From: Kudoa neothunni
Taxonomy: Eukaryota > Animalia > Cnidaria
DNA: 64,000 nucleotides
NCBI GenBank assembly: GCA_964304625.1
Contig: OZ199839.1
Location: 9,405,779-9,469,778, forward strand
Reading direction: 5' to 3'
Shown piece by piece: positions 26,980-40,400 of this stretch. Within the stretch, counting starts at the first letter, position 1. Each line of letters begins with the position of its first letter. A model generated the notes under the pieces. The model saw only the letters and a program-made list of their open reading frames with translations, was not told the origin of the DNA and made no database searches. The position numbers were made by a program, and so were the translations under genes.

Positions 26980-28350
26980 TTAGGGGTATATGATATTCAG
27001 TGGAGTGTAATACAGCAACACTTCCAGCGTGTTCTGTACACCTTTTTTAATTTCTTTGTTGTTCAACAATTCTGTTATAGACATATTCTGTGAAAATTGT
27101 TCCATTAAATTTACCAATGGCCACATATAATTTTCTACAAAAGCGTCTCCGCAATATTCCTCAAACTGGTGACATCTTATTAGCTGTCTAATATTGGAGT
27201 TGAATGAGTTGTCGCTATCGTTACACAGTATTCCAGGACCCAGAATAAATAATTTTTGAGGGCATTGTTTAGCTGTGCAAAACTTGACTACATTTTTAAC
27301 GGCATTATAAATTTCATCAGGTGAATATCCTTCATCCAATCTATGGTTTAAATAGAGTATCCCCTCTCTGGATAATCCAATCAACATATAATAGCGATGG
27401 TTCTCTAATTTAAAGTTCCTGGTTCTAGTGTCTTTGATTCTTTTGGGGTGATTGGAGATTTTGGTTCTTGTAGCGATATCCACAATAACCAACCCAAACA
27501 CAATCACATTTCGATGATAGCGTAGTTCATAATTATTATGTCTTAATACATCTTCCGGGTAGCTGTATAAGAATCGACGTTAAGAAAGTAAAATATCGAA
27601 TTTATTATTACTCGTTATAATTGATTTGAAATGCGTATGGGTCTGATTCAGGATCACCATTACCAATAGAAAATGATACATTGTAATAAAAGTTTTCTAA
27701 AAACTCTTCTATTTTCTTCTGTTTTATGCTTATATTAAAATTATATCTAATAAAGGTTTGCAATTCTCGCATATTATATCCAACATTATTTTGGATGAAC
27801 AAGGCTAGTAAATGTTTAATTTGGTGATCGTAAAGTAAGACTTCATGGAGAGCGTGTTTAGAATGGATAGTATTATAACCGTCGTAGTTATTTTCCACTA
27901 GCGCGTAATACAAATTCTCCAATATATCATTCTTGTTGACAGTATTTTCATCGGTTTCTGTAACTGTGATGATAGTTTCTATAGTCCCAACTGGCAGTTG
28001 GACTACCATGGAAATATCTTCATTGCTTACTTTTTTCTAAAACAATTAGCAAAAACTAATTTCAAAATGTTTATAATTCACAAAATCATTACACTGTACA
28101 GTTCAGCAACCTTGTCAATCATAGTTACATCAACTCGATGGTAAGTAACGCTCATACTCTTAATTTTACAGTGTACTCCTGCAAGCAATATCCAGATAGT
28201 TTACTAGCTAACGAAAATCTCGGCCTTATATATTTGATTTAATGATAATTAACACCTCAGATAATTCTTTGTTAGTTTGTAAAACTAAGAGCACTAATTG
28301 ATATTGATACATAACTTCACACATATTCGATGCGTTGTTTACATGTGTGG
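26980..28350 (-). CDS. Hypothetical spliced orphan protein (>300 aa)
   Basis: Two long ORFs (27608-28009, 26980-27507) in very AT-rich DNA, separated by a short intron-like gap. Further GT-AG-bounded exons upstream to about 28350. No family recognised; 5' end uncertain. Confidence 0.6.
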
Positions 28351-28599
28351 AAAATTTAATCAAATAATATAGTATGATAGTATGGGAAAGAATTTGAGAG
28401 TTTTAGAGTTTTAGTCCAAGCCTGATTTTCCTTAAATTATTGAACCGGGCAAATTCCTTTCTAATTTTTTGAAATTTTTGCCGAACTAATTTTTTAGTCA
28501 GAATAATTATAATCTTAAAACAAAATTAAAACATTCGTACAATAAAAAATGTACAAACAAACACATTTTGATAATTGGTATTTAATGTTGCATGCTTAA

Positions 28600-29580
28600 C
28601 CCTTTCACCTCCAAATTTTTCGTATGTCGTCCGAAGATATTTAACGTATAAATTGTTTATTATATTTATTTGAAAACTTAGATAGCTAACTATATTTAAT
28701 CAGCGATTATCATCAAATCAGAGAAAAAATGGAAATTTAATAAAAGTATTATTCTTATGAGGTGTATCCACATGAAACTTTCACATTTTCTTTAAAATGC
28801 ATTGAATATTTTTTTGGTATCTAATTCGTAAACAACTGCTTAATATACTCAACATGCGTCCATCGATTAATTGTTTTGTGCATGCGCAACAATTTTTGTA
28901 TCAACTTCTCATTTTCTTAATTATTCAATATCAAAAATTTTTCAAAGCTAAAGTTCCAATATTTTTTACGGCAGGTCGAGTTTTTGTGTATATATCCACC
29001 CCTGAAGTGAATATATTATATAATTAAAAATAGTGACAAATATGATTTATAAGATAACACAGAGCAATAAACCCTGTATAACTTTTTTGAATTATTCTCC
29101 TAACTTTTTAAATGTATATGTGAATTTTTTTTGGTATGGTCAGAGCCCCGACTACACTGCGCATGCGGATTTGTTTTTTATAAATTATTTTGGGGTATTT
29201 GACTTGTTATAACTCATATTAACTATTTGATTATTTTTTATTTTAAAATAATATTTTGCTCTTTTTGATGACAGATGTAAAAAAACAAGAATGTATTATA
29301 AATATAAAAACAGAGGTAGGGGGATAAATTCTTCTATAATGTTAATTTTTATATAAATGACCACATACCTAATTAAAACAAATATTGAAGATATTAAAAC
29401 TTTGCTAGTAACGGAAGACTTATCAGTTCACTTAAAAGAAATATTTTTTTCAAGAATGGTGCGACCATAGCCACATTGTTAGGTCTTATGATATTGAATC
29501 GGCTATTATTAACGATATAATTAAAAATGTGGATTAACTATATATAATATTCAGCTAGTAGGGTCGACCCAAATGTAAAC
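28600..29580 (-). mobile_element. Degenerate piggyBac remnant
   Basis: TTAA|CCCTTTC end at 28596-28606. Minus-strand GVD...TCRKKYW-like and Cys-rich C-terminal remnants. Right boundary uncertain. Confidence 0.5.
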
Positions 29581-29934
29581 TGAAATATTTTTATCAACTA
29601 AACGCATAGAATCCTAATAAATACCATTGTAAAAAGAAAATATCAAATGAATAACAGAAAACAATAATGAATTTTATTCTAAATTTTAGTTGGAATCATT
29701 ATCTAAAAAGTACAATTAAACATGATAATAATTTCATATCATAATGTTATTTTGCTGTAAAACTTGTGTTTATTATTACTTGTGGCCGAGCGATATTTTT
29801 AAATAATGGTAAATTGTATTATAACAGAAATTGTATCCTGAATATTTTTATATTTAGCATAAAAATAAATTTAATAGTTTAAAATGGCACTATTGTATAT
29901 TTTTGAAGATGTATTCTAATGTTATAATTCATTA

Positions 29935-31260
29935 CAGTAAACTCTCGATATGCGCTAGTGGGAATTACGTAATTCGTTATATTTTAACATATTTTCTGAT
30001 AATTTTATTTTTATAATGAAGAAGATAATAATAATAATAAACATGTTGTCAGAAACCCATTTTTAATTGTTTTGTCTTATATGAGGCTTGGAAAAATTAA
30101 TGTTCTTGCTATTGCGTAATTAAAATTGTTTATTTAAATCCTTTTAGTTTAGAAAATACTTTACAATCAAAACCGACAATGACTCGTTCTCAAAGAAATA
30201 TTGATGATCAACACAAAATAAACAAACATAAAAATGTAATGAATAGTCGCGGGCAGGGTTCTAACTCTCGGGTCATGTCTTAAAGGGGGTGGTGCTATAT
30301 CGCTCTGCTGCTGATTGATTATATTTAGGATATTCAATTTTTCGACGCTTTTAAGCATAAGGGAGATTATACACAGATCTCCGCAAACATCTCTATGACG
30401 CAACAAAAACAAATTATCATTTTATATAATATAACAGAATTATATTTTAATTTTACTATTTTAATATAATTATAATATCATCGAAATTTTTTCTCTCGAA
30501 AGAACATAACAAATATCCACAACAAATTTAATTTCGAATGAAGACAACAGTATGTTTAAAAAATATTGTTGGAAAAGTTGACATTGCTATAATCTTTTCT
30601 CAAATAATATAGGTAAATGCTTACCAATGGAAATTTTAAGACTAGAAAGTGAGTGTAATGAAAGACTATATTTTTTGGAAAAACTTCCAGATCTTGTGAG
30701 ATTATCTATTATTTTAAATGGTAATCCATCTTACACGTCATCTGAAACAAGATAAATCTTTATTTTTTGATTTTTATGATCTCATAATAACGAAGGAAAC
30801 TAGAAGAGATGTGCTTTAACGATTCTATCCTTCAAACATGCTTCAATAATGCAAAATGTTTCTGCATATGGTTTGGTTTTTTAGGTAACTTTTACTTGCG
30901 ACATTTGTAACCAAATTCATTTTATATAATTTTTAAATCATCTAAATCCTCAATAAAATGCTCCATATCACAACTTTTCTGCCCATTCTTATTAAGGCGC
31001 TCTTTTCGAAACACTCCGAAAAAAAAAGTCGAGCCATCATGATAAAATGGATTTAATTTCATGCCCTAATTATATGTATATTTTGGTGACGATCTTTATA
31101 ATCATTCATTACAATTAATAGAAAAAATCCTTGGAAACCTACAAAAATTAACGAATATTAAAAAAAAATATTTGTATAGTAAAGCATGTGAGTTTCTGGA
31201 TTGTGTAATTTCTACCTTTTACGTAATTTTCCTTCGTCCAAAAAATACGCTATATCAAAT
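29935..31260 (-). mobile_element. Degenerate pogo/Tigger remnant
   Basis: TA|CAGTAAACTCTCGATA end typical of pogo/Tigger TIRs, plus weak transposase-like fragments. Extent approximate. Confidence 0.45.
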
Positions 31261-31457
31261 ATTTGGTATGTTATTATTTTTGAAATTTTTGGAGCAGATA
31301 AAAATCGTTGACATTTAAAATTATTTAGGAGAATATATTCAAAATAGAACATCATGAAGGTGCAATTTTTTCCCTTGTTTATTTAAAATTTAAACGCACA
31401 TTTGGCACGGAAGGGCTAAATTAAGAAATTTAGTAATCTACCAATATTTCAATTTAA

Positions 31458-33946
31458 CCTTATGAGCATACCAAAACCGCCTATACATTAAGAGTTTTGG
31501 GGGTAGAATGTACCCCATGTTTTTATTCATTTATTCCGTGTAAAATATTTTATAAAGAAATTTTACAGTTTTTAAAAAAATTCTATCGTAAAGAAAAGAT
31601 TATAATTGTAAAATACTGCGTTTCCGATGTACACCGGAAATTAACTATCAACAATTACGATTTATTTTAGTTATATTCTCTATTTTAGTTCGATTAAATC
31701 GATTTGTATAATAAAAAATTTTATATATAAATTATCATTAGAAAAAATTTAACAAAGATATACTTAAAATTCAGCTGATACAATTTTAATGAATTATGTT
31801 ATTAGAATTTATTTCATTAGTTTCGGATTATTTCTAATATAAAACGTTCTTTAAGTTATAAATATAGTTACAACATGTTTCAAACTTTTTATATCTATCG
31901 TCTCAGATATAATAATCACAACGACACTTAATTTTGGTGACATTGGCTATTCGGAGACAAATGTTGCATTATGATCTACTGCAATTTTACATTTATGATT
32001 AAAGAATGCATCAGTAAGAACAAAGTAATAAACAAAACAGATATATAGATTAATTTTTAGGTTGATCTACACGGTTACAACAAATGATTTTTGAATGGTT
32101 ATTGCAGCAACGTTTCGAGCACTTATAACAGCGTGTTTTTGTTTTTTTATCAGATAACCTAGAACAAATGTTACATCTTTCTTCGATTCAGAGAGAATAT
32201 TTTCATCGAATGGAATAGACTCCTCGCCGCCAACAAAAGGTTTGATTAATAAATCTGTCAACTGTTCCGAATACTGATTTTTTGAGATACTGAGGTACTT
32301 GAAAATGACTTTGTATAAGTAATAGGAATTTACCAGGCTCATATCAATCATGTTGTAAAAAATCACCATTGGCCACCTTTTGGTATATCATTTTACGCTC
32401 GTTATTGACAATATTCGATCGATCGTATCCACGCCTCCTTTGGTTTTATTGTAGGCCAGAATAACTTTAGGTTTTTTTGTTTTATCATTTGTAATATTTG
32501 TGTTGTTGGAAGATGTAGCTAGTAAAATAATTTCCATATTCTTTTTGGTGTATATGATAATAACATATTTTTTCCATTGAATACAATAATAAAAATAGAG
32601 GAAAAAACCTCTCTTGATTTTCGGGGCTTTAAAATAGGCGGGATGTTTCTTTTATTATGTCTGAGTGTTCCTAACAATGTTAAATTTAGATCAAGAAGTT
32701 TCTTCCCTAACGAAAGAGATGTGAAAAGTTATCACATACGATGTTTCGATCGGTTTCTTTTAAATAAGAATAAAAATATAAAACGACATTTTCTCCGACA
32801 TTTTTTGCTCTTTGGGCATTTTTATTTCTACTGTGATAGACACATATATTGTGGGTAAAATTGGTGATTGGGTTTATTAGAAGAAAAAACTTTGTGTCAT
32901 ACACAGCTGGTTTGGAAGGCATATACTGTTTAAATGAACATCTATCACGAAACGCAACTAGTTGTTCATCAACAGTTAGATCATCATGCGGAATTAAATA
33001 CATGGGTAAAATATTTTTCCATTTTTCAAATACATCCCTTATGTAACAGAATTTGTCGTTTACCTTACACATTCCTCTAGTGGCATAGTCATCAAAATGG
33101 AGACTTCTGTTAATCTGTGTAAACCTTGCCAATGGCATAACATTTCGGAAAATCTCAAGCTCTTTATCAATACTCCATAATTGTTTGAGGGATTCCATTT
33201 TGTATTTGAATATTGACATGTGAATTAAAATGCCAAGATATAATTTAAATTAAATAATATTTAATATCTTTCATTTTTCACAGTAATGAAAAGCTCCATA
33301 TTTGTTAGTATTTGCAATGACGGTTTGATCAAACTCATCATTAGAGAATAAAGTAAAACAATCAACAGTATTACAAATCCGTGAGTTTGCATATGCAGTT
33401 ATGCCCAGCTTTTTCGTCATCATATTTTCATTTTTAGTTTTTGTAGTGGTTGGGATAGCGGATGTCCACAACACATTTATATCCACGTATAAATTGTTGT
33501 GATCAAAATCATCCAAATAATCATCTTCAAGTTTGCTGAAATCAGATTCATCGGTAGTTGGAAATTGGCGGTCAATCTCTTCCATTTCAAAGCAAGGATG
33601 CAACCGGGTGAAATCACACACCTACGGAAACCAACAAACTCGAATTTTCTAATAGATTGCAACGATAGAAATTTTTATAAACTTGCAATTTTTCTTTACA
33701 TAATTTTAGAATTTATTATAAGAAAAAAAAATTGGGGTTCATTCGACCCCATAAAATGCCAGGTGTATATAATTGATATAAAATCTCGATAAGAGAGAAA
33801 TCTCAAATGATTAAAAAATATTTAAAAAACTTATTAAATTTTTGAGGAATAATGATGGTAAAGTCGACTTTTTAGACAACGGATGATCCGCAAAACCACC
33901 TCGACTTATTGCTGAGGTCCAATGGACCCCTAAAATGCTCTAAAGG
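31458..33946 (-). mobile_element. Near full-length piggyBac transposon with disrupted transposase
   Basis: TTAA|CCTTATGAGCAT ... ATGCTCTAAAGG|TTAT. ORFs 33271-33621, 32707-33219 (TVDEQLVAFRDRCSFKQYMPSKP, CDNF) and 32067-32369, plus YNKTKGGVDTIDR near 32415-32455. Confidence 0.92.
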
Positions 33947-34010
33947 TTATGGATCATTAAAATAATAATGTATGCATGATTAGTAAGGACTTTATTAACA
34001 GCCTATGGTA

Positions 34011-34607
34011 GAGGGGTTCTCAGCTGTTTTTTAAATTTACCACCTTAACTTGGAAGCCAAATTCATATTTAATTTAAGATTTTATACTGGTTCAACAATG
34101 GCAGAGGTTATTTGATAGGTAAATTCTTGTTTTAAATAGCGCGTACGCTTTCATAATAACAATTTTTTCTCCCATCAACTCTTAACTCACATGCTGTCTA
34201 CAAATTTTATTTTTTAGATGCTACTAAATTGAATTATATCTATATATCTATCCCAATCCCTCACTCTGGGGTTAGACATAATTAAAAGCAGTCAAAACTA
34301 ACGATAAACTTTAATATTATTTACCATGTAAGTAGTCATTTTATGTATTACTATTATAAGCTACACTACTGAAAATAAACGAACCAATAAGGAAGAGGCC
34401 GATTATAGTTTTGTTAATAGTCGTTAAATATTTATTCCTGAAAACATTTTATGCATTTATGCCGACTCCTTATTGAGTTTAATGGCCATGAAAAATATAA
34501 TTCCTTAGAAATCCTTATGTACGTCACAAACCCACAATCCAAAACTTTAACTTTTCTAATTTTGATGTTACTTAATTTACTTCCGGTTGAGAGGTTGAGA
34601 ACCCCTG
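34011..34607. mobile_element. hAT-type (Charlie/Buster-like) MITE
   Basis: TIRs GAGGGGTTCTCAGCT and AGGTTGAGAACCCCTG (consensus CAGGGGTTCTCAACCT). Degenerate 8-bp TSD CTATGGTA / CTTTAGTA. Confidence 0.75.
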
Positions 34608-34774
34608 CTTTAGTAGATTTCGTACGAACAGTTAATTCGCGAACAATAGATAGATAACAAAGAAACAGGGTTTGTGTGGTTAAACATTGTGCGTACTCAA
34701 AAAAGGAGAATTATTAATAGACAAGAAAATCCATTACGACAATGTGGTTAACAAATCTTCATAACTAATGTATA

Positions 34775-35665
34775 TCAGTTATTATCCTTAAGATGAACGA
34801 ACTTTTCGCCAATCTTGATTTTGCTACCCAAATTTCGTAGATGTTTACGGAACGAATCACATAGAGGTTGATCATCAAAAACCTCAGAATGAATATCAAT
34901 CTTATGAATTTGGCCATATTTGCTCAATACCTATAAGCAGAGAGATAAATCAAACAATTCAACGTGCAATTCATACATCTGCCTCAAGTTTTTCTAGTTT
35001 TAATCGATGGTTTTCGGTATTGGAAAGACAGTCCACAATACATTGTTTCCAATCGAAATCGCTGTCACCAGCAGATTCCATCCCAGAAGAATTAACCACA
35101 CTGGAAGAGGGGTTATTCTTGTAACTTTTATCGAGAACAGCCCACAGTTTTTGTCTTGTTTCACTATCATTTATCTTTACACAACTTTTACAAAAATTCT
35201 ACAAGTACAAAATATAAAAATCAAGATAACAACAATATCAAATCAATATGATCTACATCAAATTTGGTCTTTGTTTGCGGAATATTTTTCATTTTAGCCA
35301 ACACCTTCAAATACCCCTTAATCTCAGGGTCGATTACTCCCTCGTTTCGAATGTATGTACCATGGGAAATATTTTGAATATGCTAAAACGATTCAATAAA
35401 CTTCAAAAAGCAACTCAAACTCACATTTAACCAAGAGTTTTGTTTGATATCACCTCGGGTAACCTTATTATGAGTGGACCTTGGTGTATACTTTTTCTTC
35501 TCTACCAAACAACGTTGATGCTTTAACGCCAACTCCAAGGTAAACTCATTATCGCAGTCTATACAAGAGAAATTATCACCTTCTGTGCAATTGAATTCAA
35601 CATGAGCTGGCAATTTGTTTTTTGCGTAAAACATCCCCACAATAATTGCACACAAACTGTGCCAT
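34775..35665 (-). CDS. LYAR: Cell growth-regulating nucleolar protein LYAR (C2HC zinc fingers), 4 exons, one 1-nt frameshift near 35610
   Basis: MAQFVCNYCGDVLRKKQI..HVEFNC...FSCIDCDNEF...KHQRCLVEKKKY...KQNSWL / KNIPQTKTKF / FDWKQCI matches LYAR motifs F.C..CG..KK.Q...H..C..SCIDC...F...H..C..E..KY, KQ.AW, NVPRKKAKF, FNWK.TI. Confidence 0.88.
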
Positions 35666-37470
35666 CACTTAAGTTGTTTTGGGTGATATGCGCAACCACG
35701 TGCCATTTTCTTGTATGATCCGATATTGAAAAAGCTATACACTGATAGCCCTCAATGTAGATCAAGCAAAAAATCACCATTACGATAAGTAAAATTATTT
35801 AAAGGTGCTAATAAATGACAATGAAAACCAACAGAAATCAAATGTTTCGCTATCACCCCATGAAATCCCTTTTATTATAAAGTGGTATGTGGAACGATAT
35901 GTACACAGACACTGCACACAACTACACCTTTTACTATGTTGAATATCCTAATACGGTTGTTCTAATATCTGATTTAATATTGGTATTCTGTTAGCACGAA
36001 TTTTGAAGTAATACTCTTGCTGGGTTAATATTATAGGTGAATACCATTAAAACCTGATTTTGACATTAAATATTGGACCATTAAAAATATAACCAAGTGT
36101 TATAAATTAATACCAATAGCTAATTTTTAACTTGCATTGATATATTTCACTCAATATCATCATTTTTCGTTCACTGATCGAACTACAATGTCAAGTGTAA
36201 TGTGTGTGATTATCCCAAAGAGAGTATCAATGACACTCACACTAAAGTTAAAATCCAATCGATGTGATATTTCAATCAGACGTTACTTATAATATTGGGT
36301 ATTAGATAATTGTTCCAATGAAAGAAAGAGCTAGGAATTCCATGCCTGAGCAATTGTGGATTCCATTTGGTTAATGGTATAGTTTCTGCGGGTCTCACGT
36401 CACACGCGTGACATTCATCGCGTATCACGCCGTATCTCACGTAGAAGTCTTATATGAGATTGATGTGTTAACATAAATCAATTATATTTCATTAAAGGTG
36501 TGTACTGATATATAATTGATTGTAAAAAGAAAACATTACTACATGTTTTAAAAAGCGAGAGAATCGATATATAAAAAACTATTCAAGGATTATTGTTTTT
36601 CATCCAACAATATCTCATTGTTATAACAAAAAAAATTACTGGATATGCTCCAACAACAAAAATTAAATAAAAAATTAATTTGTAGCATCTCAAGTAAAAA
36701 ACTATAACCTCCATCATTATTAAATATGGAATAATATCTATAATACAAATTTTGTTATGTGATTCAGGTGAAATAAAACTGATCCGTATACAAATTACAG
36801 TTCTATTAAGATTAAACTGTCAAGTCAACTACATAAGTTCTCAATACTTACTATGTTCAACAAAAAATTTATACGATGTCATGGAATATATGAATAGCAA
36901 TTTTTATTAAATTTCATGATAACTATTGAAACATCAATTTTAGCCTCAAAACTTATGATTGGTTCTAACGAAACATCCTCAAGTAATGTAATAACTCAAG
37001 ACCGCACAAAATAAATTTGGACTCAACAGGGCTGAGGAAGTCTGAGAAATTCTAATGTTAAGTTTTTTGAAGCAACTATTAGGTGTAAAAATCTGTTTAA
37101 AATATGTCATGTTATATTATTTCACAGCACTGATATAATTTCCAGAAAATTCAATATAAACAGTTTTCTAGTTAAATTAGACCTTCACCGAACTTTCTGA
37201 TTCTAACTAAACATTTGCAACTAATTTCTTATAAAAAGGTAAGAGAAGCGCATTATTAACTGTAGTCCTTTTCTCTGAATACCCTTTTTGGTCTAAAATC
37301 CGAATATCACGTCACAAATCTGTCTTAGACAATATTGTTTGATGTTGTCTACGATTTTACAACACACTATATCGAGCGAAAATAGAAACAAGTTGACTAA
37401 AAATTGTACTCTACAACACACCAAGTGCGTATTTACATAAAAAGTAATTACTAACACGATTATAATACAT

Positions 37471-40400
37471 TCAGGAATCAAGACTAGGAAGATCTTGTTT
37501 GATGAGGGGTTTAATGGAGATATCGCGCACAGTTCGGTATTTACCAATGTTGTTGAGATGTTCATTTTCAACCCGAAAAAAGTTCCAAACCCATCGTCTA
37601 CAAACAACAACATAAATCGAACGATACAACAAAAATCATACCTAAGTGCGTCAAACACTTCGAAAGACGTATCAAGTATGAATCTGTCAAGAGTTGAGTA
37701 GGTGGTTCGAACATAACGGAAAATCCATAAGTAACGTACAATTACATTAAAAATCAATGCCAACACATAAATCCACTAGAGAAGGAACAATTAGTATTAA
37801 TCAGAATTTAATCAAATCACATTGTTCTTATATATACGCTTCTTTCGCCATTTAAATCTATGTTTAGGCCTCGAATATACAATCAAACTCCAATCTACAC
37901 ATATATCCCAAATGGTAAGGTAAATCGTAGCCAATAGTTTTGGGATGATGACCATATATACATGTTTTCCAACTTCTAAAATGTAGTCATTACAAAAACT
38001 TAGCCTATAATTCGGATTTGAAGAAAAGCACAGAAATTAGGTCGGGTTTCTTTCTCATCAATATCATGTTCAACCATTAATTAAATGAAAAAGCGAAATG
38101 TCAAAATAAATTATGAAAATTAATATTTCAATGTATGCTGGCTTATCTAATAATATATGGAGAAATCAATAATATACCAATATAAACTCTATGGAACGCA
38201 TAGAATATTTCCACAACGACACATGAAAGATATTTGGCCATATTATACAAGTGAACGTTATCTTTCGTGTTCCAGTAACGTCGGATGCACTGTAGAGCTC
38301 GAATAAAAAAAGGAGCAGCTCCAACTATGTAAATAGTGGGCATTTTAGGCGAATCACATTCCACTATAAACAGTTGTTATTGAATTCGTCAAAAGAGTTC
38401 GGTTGATACCTCCATAAGTGCTTAAAATTAATGAGCAAGCCATAAAATTCACATCTTTCAGAGGTCCAACCAAACTAGTCATTTGATCGCCCAGCCAGAA
38501 ATCAGCAAATCGAACAAACACAAATCCAGCCAAAATATTGTTCATCTAAGTTAATAAAAGGTTAAAATAGTAGATTAAGCTCAGACAGATTAATAATCAT
38601 AAATAACAATAGATTTAAAATAATTACCAACGCCTTCAAGAAGAAATATCGAGAGGATCTGTAGAACATTTTCAGTGGATTTACCGTTAAACCAATAATT
38701 GTTAACGACGAAACCAATGGGAACACTGTGGGTAATATACCCAACTCTTTGTGGAACATATAGCCACACATGCCTACAAAAACTATGGCCACAAATACTA
38801 AACCAATCTAAAATGAACAAATTTAATTAATAAGTTAAAAGCAACTAAACACATTATTTTCCATTTTTAACAATATAACCATTAAAAATAATAATTTATG
38901 AAAATAAATGTACATTACCGAGAGTGCTTCTGCAAATCCAATATGATGGCGGGGATCTATTTCAAATATCAACACATGGTTCACACCACAGTGCCGCCAG
39001 GTGTAAATATTCAAACTCACCAAAACAACAAATATCGAAATAATAAGCTGCCCCCGAAACATTATTAATATTGCTTCCATGTTATCGGGGGGACTATAAA
39101 AATCTAACGAAAGTCACACAAAATCAACCCAAAACTCAACTCACATTTCGCTATGATAATTGCCAACAAAAGTACAATTGTAGAAAAAGATGCTCCCATT
39201 ACAAATGAGGGGTAGCTGACTTTCTAAAAAAACAAGATTATTATTCATCTAACAAATATTTTCGCTATTTGACCTTAGCGCACCAAACTTAGGCTACTTT
39301 TATTAATTAATATTAATCAAATAATTAAATATATTTATATATTTAATCAATCAATCAATCAATCAATTAATTAATTATTAATACTGGTCTAAATATCCAA
39401 ACATTGTTCGAGTTTTTTACTTAGAGAAATTTGGATTTTCTCAAAAATTGAATTTTATTTGAATCGTTATTGAATGAGTTTAACCCTCTCGTTCCCATTG
39501 TCCACTTTAGTGAACAAAAAATTAATTCGCTTAAATATTTATGCTCACTGATTATTAAAGAATACGTTATGAATATGATAAACATAAGTTTATATTCTAT
39601 ACATTAAATGAGATACTGCCAGTGACCAGTTTTACGCACTTTTAAAAATCGCATTTATTTTACAAAATCTATGATGAAAAAATAAATAATATATCTAATA
39701 ACACATTTATTTATAAATTACAATGAAAAAAATTTTATATGATCCTAAATTTTGCGATACAGATATTGCGTGATTTACCAATTTTACGCACCTTTTCTGA
39801 CCCAATTTGGTTTATAGTTTTGATAAAAATGACGTAAATGATTAATAAAAATAAATCTAAGAATCAAACAATTGAAGAGAAATATAAAATTATAATATAT
39901 TTTCATGGTATTACCTCAAGAGATGCAAAGATTGCTACTATTAAGCATTTTAATGTATCAACAATATCCACTCATAATGATATTTTAAAAAATGAAGAGA
40001 AAATTATAGATGTGTTTGAGGGGAGATTGGTTTGTAAAAATAGGATAAATCTAAATGATGGCACCAATATTTCCCTCGGTGAATGTGTCTATAATTGGAT
40101 ATGCTGGATGCGATCCAAAAAAATTGAATTAACTGCCACAGACATCATTGATAAGAGAAACGAAATTACCAAAGAAAAGAATTTACCATCAAATGCAACA
40201 TACGGTTGTTTTCGATGTTTTAAATCGAGATTCAATCTCTAAAAAATAAATTTCCATGGCGAAGCGGCTGACATTGAACCATGTGCAAGTTCTGAATGGC
40301 TTTCTCAACTTTAAAATTTATGTGAAGGATATAATGATGATTGCATCTATAATATAGATGAGGTCGATTTGTTTTATTAGCAACAACGAGGTATATATTT

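Noticed and set aside
37293-37470. ORF 37293-37766 as the XPR1 C-terminus
   Set aside because: It reads through an intron; the conserved [13 protein letters not shown] motif is in another frame that stops at 37471.
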